64,000 bases of DNA. Source: a virus. Below the pieces are notes generated by a model. The model was not told the DNA's origin and ran no database searches. It saw only the letters and a list, made by a program, of their open reading frames with translations. Below, piece after piece: positions 16,804-25,962 of the stretch (positions are counted from its first letter, which is position 1; each line of letters starts with the position of its first letter). The DNA is taken from positions 3,332 through 67,331 of the IMG/VR virus record IMGVR_UViG_3300010413_001770; one strand, 5' to 3'. The position numbers and the translations under genes were made by a program.

Positions 16804-16993
16804 GGCTACCCTTCCCGGTTTTCCGCAAACAGACAACAGCCGATGGAACGGAATCCTCGATAGAGACGCACGGGTCGTCCCCCTCGGATCGGCACGGGGA
16901 TGGAACACCAGCCGAAGGCGTGCTCAGAGAGCGGATTTCTGCGAATGTGATGACACGAGCCGCACATGGGGATGTCCCCGTCCGCTCTCCGGG

Positions 16994-19687
16994 TTACCCG
17001 ATACCATTGCCAAGATACGCGTCCTGCACCCATCGGTCCCCTACGTTATGGGGCTTCAGTCGTCCGTGAAAGCAGATGATGTCTGCATCGGTCGGAGGGC
17101 CACCGTTCTTGAGACAGTCCCTCTTGTAGGAGTAGACGCGGGCGTACTCCTGAATCGGGCGGATCGTGCGCCCGGACTCAGCCGAGACCCGCGTGTAAAT
17201 GTACTCCTGGTCGCCTCGGAATGAGTTCATGTTCGTCCGGTCGAAATCGTACAGCAAGAAGGATAGATCCCCGCGCCAAGACATAATCCCGGAGAGCCAT
17301 CCGCCGCGAAGACGGCGGGCGGGAGAGAAGGGGACTAGCATACGGATGTCCGTCGGAGGGACACGAGCGGCCGCTTCCACGAGACGGTCGATCGGTTTCA
17401 GGATAACGGTATCCAGATCGAGATAGAGCACCGGATGCCGGATCGAGAAGAGCTCGAGCTTGGACCACCAGCCGGGGAGGTGCCGGTCCAACCGAATGCA
17501 GTCAAGGCCGGAAAGGTAGCGATCCGTGAGCACGACGAACGAGTACGGCGTCGTGACGTTTCGAGCGACCATCGACTGCAACGTCCGGACGTTTTCGTCG
17601 GAATAGTCGCCGCCGGAGCGGAGGACACACGCGATGATCGGGTGGGAGCCGGCGGCGCTCTCGACGTCCTGGACCGAGAGAAACCGGCTCTTGATGCTAC
17701 GGACCGGAAGAGGAGGAGACTGTTGCTCCAGCTCCGGCTGCGGTTCCAGATCTCGGATAGACGCGTGCCCGCTGGAGGATCGCTTGGCGGGTTTTCGCTC
17801 TCCGGCGGAATCGAGAGCTTTCCGCTTTGCCCGCGGCGGCTTTCTCTGTTTGCTCCTCTCTCGCTGCTTGACCCGGGACTGCACTTGCCTCTTCGCAGCG
17901 AGTGTCGGCAGCGAGACGGCCGCAGTGATGGCATCCTCAACCCGGTCTTCTCTATCCCCACTCCCAGTCCCGGCCCCGATCACCCGGATTGCTTCTGCGG
18001 CAAACTCATCCGCGGTCGACCGGTCCGTGAACACTGGCCAGTACGTTTTCCGCCGCACGCTCGGAGGAACGATGTTCCACGCGAACCTCCTATCTACACC
18101 CCCCGTGTAGAAGTACTCGTGATACAGGAGCACAGTCGGCACACCCCACGCTGCCGACATAATCGATATCCCGGAGTTTGCCCCTACCAGGCCGGCCGCC
18201 CCACGAATCAGCCCGAAAACCTCCTCAAGCGTCGTCTGGCCGCGAAGATCGACTGTCCCGGTCGGCATGGCGCGGATGAGAGAATTCAGAACGTCGTCCT
18301 GAAGGTCCCATTCGGCGCCCACGAACACGGGACGAGCTCCGGTCTCGGCAACGATTCTCCGGCAGGCCCGGATGATGTCCGGGAGCTTGTAGCGGCGGAA
18401 CACGTACTTGTTCGTCCCCTGGAAGACCCAGTAGAAGACCAGGTAGCGGTCGCCGAAGGACCGGATCGCGTCCTCACGAACCGCCTCTTCCCGCAAGGAG
18501 ATGAATCTCGGGAGATCCCACTCGACCGTCAAGTCCGGGTCCACCTCCTCGAGTGCTTTTCCGGCCCGCTGATACCCGTTCCACGTCAGGAAGTAGTCAC
18601 AGCCGAGGATGTCCCGGAAGATGGTGCGCCCCTGACGCAAATATGCCTCGATCCAGATCGGGTCCCGGGCGTTGAAGCGGACCTCGTCGGCGGAGTGGAG
18701 AAACGGAAACATCTTCAGGAAGGGGAAGGACCGGGCGTGAGAGTCGAATTCCTTCGCTCGGGGTGCCGCAATGTAGGCTTCGACCGGGGGCGTGACGCCC
18801 TCCCGGCGCAGTAAGGATTGCAGCTTCGTGAGCGGCCAGTAGACGTCGCCCACGCCCGGCGGCAGGAGAACGGATTTTCGGGCTTGCGGCGGCTTGCGGA
18901 CGCGCCAGCATAATTTGGTCGGGTCCGGGTGTGAGAGTCCTGAGATCTGAAACCCGGTCGAGCGGAGAAGGTCTCGGAATTGCCCCTCCGTCCAGTACCA
19001 GATGTGCTCGATTCGCTTCCAGTGCCCGCCGTCCTCCTCGGGGCGGGACGGCCAGAAGCGGGGAATCTCGATTATGGCCTCCCCGTCCTCCGCCAGCACG
19101 CGAAAGAGCTCGGCTAGGAAGCGGTCCGGCCGAAGCGTGTGCTCCACGACGTCCATGCAGACGATACGGTCGAACGAGTCGGTCGGGAAGTGAATGTCCT
19201 CGAAGCGGCGGTAGTAGATGTGGTCGGACTGCGGGGAGTAACTGTAGCGCCCCACCTCGCAGCCGTAGGCGTCGATCCCCTCGGAACGGCAAACATCTAC
19301 GAGAGCCCCGGAGCCACAGCCGACATCTAGAAACCGTCGCGCCGATCGAAGGGAGAAGCGTTGAAACAGCCGCCGGCAACGGGCGAGGTCCGACTGGTGC
19401 GTCGACACGCCGTAGTCAGCGCGAACGGGCGGGTATTGGGACGCGTAATAGTTCGCGTACTCCTCCTCGGTCGCGAACGGAAGATCCGTCTGCCGGACAA
19501 CGCCGCACGACCGGCATGTCCGGATCGGGATATCGGCGGCGGACTGCGTTCCCGTCTTTTCGGTGATCAGGCCGCGGCGCTCGGATAACGTAGACCGCGT
19601 CTCGCCGCAGTAGCAGGGTAGGTTCACGGCGTGTGTTTTGAGTGCTTTCTCGGTTGGACCGAGTTCGGTGGGCGTGAACGCTACCAT
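16994..19687 (-). CDS. Tri-domain fusion: class I SAM methyltransferase, GT9 (heptosyltransferase-like GT-B) and GT8-like GT-A
   Basis: MTase: FLDVGCGSG, DVVEH. GT9: GVGDVYW, LVGANSGISIMSAAWGVPTVLL. GT-A: WWSKLELF, LYLDLDTVI, GDQEYI, ICFHGRLKP. Confidence 0.85.
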   Translation of the reverse strand: MVAFTPTELGPTEKALKTHAVNLPCYCGETRSTLSERRGLITEKTGTQSAADIPIRTCRSCGVVRQTDLPFATEEEYANYYASQYPPVRADYGVSTHQSDLARCRRLFQRFSLRSARRFLDVGCGSGALVDVCRSEGIDAYGCEVGRYSYSPQSDHIYYRRFEDIHFPTDSFDRIVCMDVVEHTLRPDRFLAELFRVLAEDGEAIIEIPRFWPSRPEEDGGHWKRIEHIWYWTEGQFRDLLRSTGFQISGLSHPDPTKLCWRVRKPPQARKSVLLPPGVGDVYWPLTKLQSLLRREGVTPPVEAYIAAPRAKEFDSHARSFPFLKMFPFLHSADEVRFNARDPIWIEAYLRQGRTIFRDILGCDYFLTWNGYQRAGKALEEVDPDLTVEWDLPRFISLREEAVREDAIRSFGDRYLVFYWVFQGTNKYVFRRYKLPDIIRACRRIVAETGARPVFVGAEWDLQDDVLNSLIRAMPTGTVDLRGQTTLEEVFGLIRGAAGLVGANSGISIMSAAWGVPTVLLYHEYFYTGGVDRRFAWNIVPPSVRRKTYWPVFTDRSTADEFAAEAIRVIGAGTGSGDREDRVEDAITAAVSLPTLAAKRQVQSRVKQRERSKQRKPPRAKRKALDSAGERKPAKRSSSGHASIRDLEPQPELEQQSPPLPVRSIKSRFLSVQDVESAAGSHPIIACVLRSGGDYSDENVRTLQSMVARNVTTPYSFVVLTDRYLSGLDCIRLDRHLPGWWSKLELFSIRHPVLYLDLDTVILKPIDRLVEAAARVPPTDIRMLVPFSPARRLRGGWLSGIMSWRGDLSFLLYDFDRTNMNSFRGDQEYIYTRVSAESGRTIRPIQEYARVYSYKRDCLKNGGPPTDADIICFHGRLKPHNVGDRWVQDAYLGNGIG

Positions 19688-20427
19688 AACGCGATGTCCT
19701 CCCTGGAATAGCCGGCGGCGGTGAGCAACGGGTGGATGATCGAGGCTCGGTTCTTGAGGTAACGGACTTCCGCCCATTTGGGGCCGAGCAAGTGCTGGAT
19801 GGCGTGGATCTCGCCGGCCGCATAGTAATCTGCGAACGGATTCCCGGGTGTCGGATCCACACGCCGCCACTTCCGCGCGATCTTTCCGATCGTGAGTCCC
19901 CGCCGAGAGACGTCAATCCCGCAGTGGGTCGCCACTCTCCGGATAAGATCCCGGCGCTCCCAGTACGTTTTCCTGGCGTCGACCGGAAAAAAGCACACGT
20001 TCGGGTGATGCGCGAACCGCCGAGCGATCTCCACGAACCCGTCCACGATGAAGAAGTGGCGGAACTCCGGGTGGCGCGTTTCGCGCGTGAGGATCGCCGC
20101 CAGGGGGTCTCGGAGAGGGATGACGACGGGGAAGAGGGCGGCAAGTGCGAGGGCGGCGCGATACCCGATCGACTTGTAGTTGATCCCGAGCTGTTGAACG
20201 GAGTTGAAGTCCATCTCCAGGTCGACATCTAGCGTCCGGATGATGGGGAAGTGACCGCGGACGATCGTCGGGGAGCGGAGGACGGTCGACCCGCGCGTCA
20301 AATAGGAGATGTCGAGAACAGCCGCGTCAGGACACAAGCTCCGGAGAACCGTCGTGACGAAACCAGTACCGGTGTGCTGCACACTGAGGACGAAGATCAC
20401 GGGGGGAGTGGGAAGCGTCGGCGGCAT
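19681..20427 (-). CDS. Sulfotransferase-fold P-loop protein (variant HTGT loop)
   Basis: IFVLSVQHTGTGFV and VIPLRDPLAAILT. Confidence 0.6.
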   Translation of the reverse strand: MPPTLPTPPVIFVLSVQHTGTGFVTTVLRSLCPDAAVLDISYLTRGSTVLRSPTIVRGHFPIIRTLDVDLEMDFNSVQQLGINYKSIGYRAALALAALFPVVIPLRDPLAAILTRETRHPEFRHFFIVDGFVEIARRFAHHPNVCFFPVDARKTYWERRDLIRRVATHCGIDVSRRGLTIGKIARKWRRVDPTPGNPFADYYAAGEIHAIQHLLGPKWAEVRYLKNRASIIHPLLTAAGYSREDIALW

Positions 20428-20452
20428 CTTGGGCGTTTCTTCTCCCCCTCCG

Positions 20453-21178
20453 CTACCAGCGTGGGAGCATGAGGTCGGAGTCCCGGTAGCCGACCGAGTG
20501 CAGAAATGGCAGCAGTGTCGGCAGGCATGCGCTCAAGTACGTGAGTGCCGGATGGTATTCGCCACCAAAGAGCTCGAGGATGCGGCCCCAATCCCGGGCA
20601 TCGTACGCGGGGCGGAAAGGGTTCTCCTCCCCGGTCGTGTTCTCCGGTTCCCACTTCTCCGCCGTCATGCGGAGGGCGGAATCGTGAACAAACGGAGTGA
20701 GCCGACAGTGATCGACGAGAGCAAGAATCCGGGCATACCGAACTTCCAGCCGCTCCCGGTGGATGTCCACCGGCAGACAATACACCGTCTGATACCGGGC
20801 GATGGTCGCCAGCTGCCGATAGCCATCCACCACGATCCGTAGATCCGTATCCGGCATGCGGTGTGCCCGTGTGAGGATCGCCGCGACGGGGTCCCGAACT
20901 GTAGTGACCGACCGGAGCGTGCGGCACAGAAAGGTGACGGCGTCCGCGTGGATCCCGACCCGGCGCCCCGTCCCCGGGTCGATTTCCGGGAGGTGCGTGT
21001 GGAGAATCGCTGAAGCCGGGAGGCCGCCGACCGGTTGACCGTCCGAAGAGTCCGGTCCGCGCGTCACGATCGCCAGGCACTGGTGGATCTCCGGCAGGAT
21101 TTGACGCAGAAACCGCAGCAGGAACTGCGTCCCCGTGTGGGGGACGGTCGGGACGAACACGACGCCGCGGTTCTCCAT
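20453..21178 (-). CDS. Sulfotransferase-fold P-loop protein, paralog of 19681..20427
   Basis: VFVPTVPHTGTQFL and TTVRDPVAAILT; shares VDG, PVD, HC and NPF motifs with its neighbour. Confidence 0.6.
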   Translation of the reverse strand: MENRGVVFVPTVPHTGTQFLLRFLRQILPEIHQCLAIVTRGPDSSDGQPVGGLPASAILHTHLPEIDPGTGRRVGIHADAVTFLCRTLRSVTTVRDPVAAILTRAHRMPDTDLRIVVDGYRQLATIARYQTVYCLPVDIHRERLEVRYARILALVDHCRLTPFVHDSALRMTAEKWEPENTTGEENPFRPAYDARDWGRILELFGGEYHPALTYLSACLPTLLPFLHSVGYRDSDLMLPRW

Positions 21179-21910
21179 CTATACTCTCCGAATCACGAGC
21201 TCGGTCACGGCGGACGAGCGGTTGGGTGACACGCCGAGGCAACAGGCGTGGACGATCTGGTCGGCGGCTTCTGCGGGGTCGATCAGTTGGTGGTAGTCCG
21301 GTCGCCACGCCATCATGTCCGTCCGCAACGCGCCGACGAACACGTCGAGGAGATGGATGCCGTACCCGGTCGCCTCCAAGCGGAGAGCGGACACGAAGCC
21401 GCGGAGACCAAACTTGCTGGCCGAGTAGGCGGTCTCGTGGTGTCCGCCGCGCTGCCCGGCGAGCGAGTTCACGAACGCAATGAGCCCGGAGCGGCGGCGG
21501 GCGAACACGGGCCACAACTCCCGCGTGAGCAGCATCGGAGCGAGCAGATTCACGTCGAGCGTGAGCCGGATCTCGTCCTCCGTGAGCGTTTCGATCGACT
21601 GCGCCACCCGGACCCCCGCGTTGTGGACCACGACGTCCACGTCCCAGACGTCGGCGGCGGTGACAAGCCGCCGACGGGTATCCCACTGCGTGATGTCGCC
21701 GTGGACACGGATCAAGCGTTCGGTGCCGTCTCGAGAAGCGGAGGTGGACCGCTCGAGGAGGATCAACCGCCAACCCAGGAGTGCGAACCGTTTGGCGATC
21801 TCCGCCCCCAAGCCTCGGTTCGCCCCGGTTATCAGCGCAGTCTTCGTGCTCGCTCGCGTTCCGTCTTGGAGGACGTTTCCGCGTTCACTTTCGGTTCTTT
21901 CGGCACCCAT
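21179..21910 (-). CDS. Short-chain dehydrogenase/reductase
   Basis: TGANRGLG, HNAG and YSASK motifs. Confidence 0.9.
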   Translation of the reverse strand: MGAERTESERGNVLQDGTRASTKTALITGANRGLGAEIAKRFALLGWRLILLERSTSASRDGTERLIRVHGDITQWDTRRRLVTAADVWDVDVVVHNAGVRVAQSIETLTEDEIRLTLDVNLLAPMLLTRELWPVFARRRSGLIAFVNSLAGQRGGHHETAYSASKFGLRGFVSALRLEATGYGIHLLDVFVGALRTDMMAWRPDYHQLIDPAEAADQIVHACCLGVSPNRSSAVTELVIRRV

Positions 21911-22299
21911 GGAATCTCCCAGTCCGGCAAACGAATCGTATCGGCATCGTCGTGGTGCGTGGATATCTCGAGGAAGGTAACGGCTTTTCCGGCTCGACCT
22001 CGGAATGTGTGCGCCGTCCCGGCCGGTAGCGTGAGTGATAACCCATCCTCCAGTAAGTACGTGACAGCCCGGTTACCGGTCTCGAAGGGCCAATCTCTAG
22101 AGTAGAGCTCAAGCTCTCCTGCCACGACCCAGAACGTCTCTGTTTTCCGGAGATGGTAATGCCAGCCGCAGTGCTTGCCGGGGTTGACGGACAGCACCTT
22201 GCCGCAGTACCGGTCGTTGTTGACGATCCAGCGCTCTTCTCCCCAGGACTTTTCCACCAGGATGCGGCGCTCTAGTTGGGACATCTGCGACCCACTCAT
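21832..22299 (-). CDS. Cupin, mannose-6-phosphate/lyxose isomerase-like
   Basis: VEKSWGEERW, HYHLRKTETF and PAGTAHTF cupin motifs. Confidence 0.8.
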   Translation of the reverse strand: MSGSQMSQLERRILVEKSWGEERWIVNNDRYCGKVLSVNPGKHCGWHYHLRKTETFWVVAGELELYSRDWPFETGNRAVTYLLEDGLSLTLPAGTAHTFRGRAGKAVTFLEISTHHDDADTIRLPDWEIPWVPKEPKVNAETSSKTERERARRLR

Positions 22300-22326
22300 A
22301 CGCTTCCCCTTCTCCCCCTCCCCCCA

Positions 22327-22809
22327 TCAGAAGAACGGCAGCCCGTCTCGACGCAAACAGATGGCCGCCGGCACCCCCATCAGGTACGCGTCCAGCATCG
22401 CTTTCTCGGCGGACTGTTGATCGTGCGGGAAGAACCCGTGGACGTTCTTGAATAGCCGCACCAATCCTTCCGCGTCCAGCGGCCGATGCGTCGGCCCCTG
22501 CGTTGGATAGTCCGCATTCCCTACGAGCATGACCGGCAAGTTGTGCTCATCGATATCGATCTTGATCTGCTCGAACGGTCGCTCCAGCAAGAAGGGGGTA
22601 GTGGAGTACACGATCGGCCGCAGCCCCTCCGCCGCCATCCCGGCCGCCATCGAGATCATAGACTGTTCACAGATGCCGATGTTGATGAACCGGTCCGGCC
22701 AGCGGCGCTTGAACTCCTCCGCGTCCTGGAAGACGTCGCCGATGATCAGAAGGATGCGGGGATCTCGATCCGCTAGCCGACAGATTGCACGACCGAATGC
22801 GCGCCTCAT
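22327..22809 (-). CDS. Transketolase-like pyrimidine-binding subunit (short, no C-terminal domain)
   Basis: RFINIGICEQSMISMAAGMAAEGLRP, ERPFEQI and GPTH motifs. Confidence 0.88.
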   Translation of the reverse strand: MRRAFGRAICRLADRDPRILLIIGDVFQDAEEFKRRWPDRFINIGICEQSMISMAAGMAAEGLRPIVYSTTPFLLERPFEQIKIDIDEHNLPVMLVGNADYPTQGPTHRPLDAEGLVRLFKNVHGFFPHDQQSAEKAMLDAYLMGVPAAICLRRDGLPFF

Positions 22810-23600
22810 GCGGATTCTCCGGTAGGGGGGCTCGAGTCGTCTAGGTCGTCATCCAGATCTACAGGCACCAGCTCCCGCATCGCCTGCCGCTCCTGCTCAT
22901 CCGTCAGCCACTGCGCGTGCCACGCCGGATCGTCCTCCATAAAGCTCACGCCGCGCCCCTTGATCGTCCGCGCCATCACGAGCCGGGGGCGACCACGCGT
23001 CCTCGGGCGCAAGAGCTTCGCCGTGATGGCATCCGTGTCGTGCCCATTCACACTCATGACGTCCCACTCGAGCGTCTCGGCGACGCGGCTCAAGTGCTCC
23101 ATGGGAAGGACGTCGAGGAGGCGGTCGGACCCCTGGATACCGTTCCAGTCCACAATAGCGGTTAGATTGTCCAGGCGGAAACGGGCCGCGATCATGAGGC
23201 TCTCCCACGTGGTCCCCTCCTGACACTCCCCGTCCCCGACGAGAACGTACACCTGCGTACGGACCTCTTGCCGCTTGAGCGCCATCGCCATCCCGATCGC
23301 GAAGGGGAGACCGTGCCCCAGTGACCCCGTCGTGCAGTGAATCCCGTTGGCCGGGTCCCGGACCGGGAAACCATCCAGACGCGGGTTCAGGCCTCGCTCC
23401 CGCAGGAGAACGTAGTACGGCCAGCATCCGTGCCCCTTGGAGAGCACGAACCGGTCCTCGCTCTTCATCACCCGGTCATAGAGGGAGATCAGGATCTCGA
23501 CGCACGAGAACGCTCCGCCCCAGTGATATCCGCCGTGACTCTTGGACAGCCGAATCGTTTCTCGGCGGAGCTGGCGGCTACGGTTGTCGAGTCGAACCAT
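22806..23600 (-). CDS. Transketolase-like N-terminal ThDP-binding subunit
   Basis: FVLSKGHG, TGSLGHG, GDGECQEGTTWE and TIKGRGVSFME motifs; GAGGAG RBS before ATG 23600. Confidence 0.9.
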   Translation of the reverse strand: MVRLDNRSRQLRRETIRLSKSHGGYHWGGAFSCVEILISLYDRVMKSEDRFVLSKGHGCWPYYVLLRERGLNPRLDGFPVRDPANGIHCTTGSLGHGLPFAIGMAMALKRQEVRTQVYVLVGDGECQEGTTWESLMIAARFRLDNLTAIVDWNGIQGSDRLLDVLPMEHLSRVAETLEWDVMSVNGHDTDAITAKLLRPRTRGRPRLVMARTIKGRGVSFMEDDPAWHAQWLTDEQERQAMRELVPVDLDDDLDDSSPPTGESA

Positions 23601-23625
23601 GCTCGGCGTCTCCTCTTGGTTTCGG

Positions 23626-24681
23626 TCATCCGGCATCGGAGAACCAGTTCCCTGCTTCCCCTCCCGGGACGCGGCAGTCCATGAGGACGCGGCCGGCACC
23701 GCCGAACCGAGAGGCCGATACAGCGCGCCCCACGTCCAGAAGGGAGAATCGGCGCGTGATCAGTTTGTCGATCGGCAGCCGCCCGCCGCGGTAGAGCTCC
23801 AGGTATCTCGGGATGTCGAGCTCCGGCCGAGTCATGCCGCCTTGGCTATCCAGGACGGTTTTGCCGGAATACCGGGAGACGAACTCCGGCATGATGAAGT
23901 CCGTCCCGTGCTTCGGTTGGCCGACGAGGACCAGCCGCCCGCCCCGCTTGAGGGACCGCAGCCCCGTCCGGATTACTTCCGGGACGCCGGTACAATCGAC
24001 GAACACGTCCGGAGAGTGAAATACGCTCCCCAGGTCCGTGGAGAAGTCCGTGGCGCCGAACTCGAACGCCAAAGCCGATCGGCGAGCATCCAGATCCACG
24101 CCGATGATCGGATATCCCCCGGTCAGCGACGCCCCCAGAATCGCGCTCAGTCCTACGCCGCCGCAGCCGACGATCACGATGGATTCCCCTAGTCGAAGTT
24201 TCGCTTCCCGCGTGACGACCCCCAACCCGGTCGTGACGCAGCAACCGAGGAGGGCCGCAACGTCGAGAGGGACATCCTCCCGGACCGTCGTGACCCGGCT
24301 CTCGCTCACAACAGCGAGATCCGACCAGATTGCGACCGGACCGGCACCGACGAAGCACTCCCCGGCGGACTCCATGACGCGATACCGGGGCGGTTCGGCC
24401 TCGATCCCGGCCCCGACGCGCCAGTGAAGGACGACGGAGTCGCCGACACGCACCGTCGTCACTCCAGAGCCCACCGCGAGGACTCGGCCGGCGCCCTCGT
24501 GACCCAGAAGGTGCGGCAAGTGCCGGTCCGGACCGGCGTGACCGTCGATCTCCCGTAACTGAGCCCCGCAGATACCAGCCCACTCGACATCCACGAGCAC
24601 TTGCCCGGTCTTGAGCTCCGGCACTTCCAGATCCATGATGCGGAGAGGGGTTCCCGGTTCGACCAACACGGCAGCTAGCAT
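23626..24681 (-). CDS. Zn-dependent alcohol dehydrogenase (MDR family)
   Basis: GICG, LLGHEGAG, LGCCVTTG and GCGGVG motifs. Confidence 0.9.
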   Translation of the reverse strand: MLAAVLVEPGTPLRIMDLEVPELKTGQVLVDVEWAGICGAQLREIDGHAGPDRHLPHLLGHEGAGRVLAVGSGVTTVRVGDSVVLHWRVGAGIEAEPPRYRVMESAGECFVGAGPVAIWSDLAVVSESRVTTVREDVPLDVAALLGCCVTTGLGVVTREAKLRLGESIVIVGCGGVGLSAILGASLTGGYPIIGVDLDARRSALAFEFGATDFSTDLGSVFHSPDVFVDCTGVPEVIRTGLRSLKRGGRLVLVGQPKHGTDFIMPEFVSRYSGKTVLDSQGGMTRPELDIPRYLELYRGGRLPIDKLITRRFSLLDVGRAVSASRFGGAGRVLMDCRVPGGEAGNWFSDAG

Positions 24682-24893
24682 CCGGACTCCTCCTTGGTCT
24701 CCTTGACAACACGATGACAACAGCAGTTTTTTGGATCGGTCGGTACGGTGCAGTCCTTACCCCCCTGATTGTAGTATACGTCAACGATTTCTTCCCGGGT
24801 GAAGAACTTCCAATACCGGTAGCATGCCCACAAGAGTTGCGACCGCTCAGACGCTGGGGTGTCGACTCGATCCACTGAACTGGATTCGCTCAC
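24675..24893 (-). CDS. Small Cys-containing hypothetical protein
   Basis: GTG 24893 overlaps the upstream stop; GGGAGG RBS. Confidence 0.5.
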   Translation of the reverse strand: MSESSSVDRVDTPASERSQLLWACYRYWKFFTREEIVDVYYNQGGKDCTVPTDPKNCCCHRVVKETKEESGC

Positions 24894-25561
24894 AATGACC
24901 CCTCCCGCCGCGCATCCACGATCCAGGAACGCAGGTCCACTTTCGGAAACACGTGCAGAGAGCTTCCCGGTGTGGCGTTCAGACACTCCACGCCCAGCTC
25001 ATCCAAATCGGCCTTGATTCTCGGAAAACACGGCAAGAACCGACGCTCGTAGACGCTCGCCGCCGGACGGTTGTCGTGCGCGTCGTGGTAGTTGTTGCGC
25101 CCGTCCGCCGACTGGTGCATGTCGAACCCGAGGAGAATGATCCGGGAAACGCCGAAATGAACCGCGAGATTGATGGCGGAGGCGCCGGAGCTCTTGTTCC
25201 AGCAGACATAGCGGGGGTCGGCATCCACGCCGATCGTTCGAGCGGGGGATTTCCGCACGACACGGACACCGGGAGGAGGAAGTTGTTGCCCATTCTGACC
25301 CGTTCGATAGAGTGCCGGGCAGCACGTCGCGATCAGCCCGGGGAACTCGAGCATCTCCTTCCGGTGTTTCCGGTAGAAGCGCGCATCCCCGAACCAGCAC
25401 ACGTCGACCCAGTCGCCGAGCGCGAAGGCGTAGTTCACGCCGATGACGCGGTATTCCCGGATCAGCTCAAGCGGAGTATCGGATATGGAGGGGCCGCCCC
25501 CGATGATGAAGGCGGTTCGATCAGGCCACAAACGCGGGACAGTCCATGTCGCGGAGGGCAT
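24890..25561 (-). CDS. Maf/DUF115 (MptE-like, sialyltransferase-fold) glycosyltransferase
   Basis: FIIGGGPSI, IGVNYA, SGASAINLAVHFGVSRIILLGFDM and LNAT motifs. Confidence 0.75.
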   Translation of the reverse strand: MPSATWTVPRLWPDRTAFIIGGGPSISDTPLELIREYRVIGVNYAFALGDWVDVCWFGDARFYRKHRKEMLEFPGLIATCCPALYRTGQNGQQLPPPGVRVVRKSPARTIGVDADPRYVCWNKSSGASAINLAVHFGVSRIILLGFDMHQSADGRNNYHDAHDNRPAASVYERRFLPCFPRIKADLDELGVECLNATPGSSLHVFPKVDLRSWIVDARREGSL

Positions 25562-25575
25562 CCCGAGTCCCGACG

Positions 25576-25908
25576 CTATTCTTTCGGCAAGGGTCTTCTG
25601 GCACTGGCGTCCGGATCTCCAAGGACGGCCCGGGCGTCTTCCAAGGAGAGGGGAGCGTCGTTGATTGGGTCGTCGGTCCCGAAGCGGCACACGTTATAGC
25701 GGCCGCGCCCGATGTGGACGATCTCGAGCGGATAGGCCGGCTGTGGCTCAGGGTCCGGAGGAGAAATCCGGTCCCACGTGTCGAGAGAGCCGCCGAGCTC
25801 GATCTCGGAATCGACCGTGATGACGTCTCCCGGATCGTAGCGGACGATCGGGCCGCCATTCGCCGGCCGGTGATAGTGCACTCCAGACAGTTTCCGGTAG
25901 GTCGGCAT
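25576..25908 (-). CDS. Small capsid-adjacent protein
   Basis: 110-aa ORF directly after the major capsid gene. Confidence 0.6.
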   Translation of the reverse strand: MPTYRKLSGVHYHRPANGGPIVRYDPGDVITVDSEIELGGSLDTWDRISPPDPEPQPAYPLEIVHIGRGRYNVCRFGTDDPINDAPLSLEDARAVLGDPDASARRPLPKE

Positions 25909-25962
25909 CGATCACCCTCAAACGAAGGGAGGCGGGGGAGGGTCGGGTTCCCCCTCTCCGGT

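Noticed and set aside
17435-18814. Long plus-strand ORFs across the structural arm (e.g. 17435-18814, 25546-26907, 6987-8216)
   Set aside because: They are Arg/Pro-rich antisense frames typical of high-GC DNA and fully overlap well-supported minus-strand genes.
16111-25561. DNA hypermodification cluster
   Set aside because: No base-modifying enzymes (hydroxymethylase, TET/JBP, Dpd/Que, aGPT) were recognised, and the genes lie in the late head operon. Not fully excluded.
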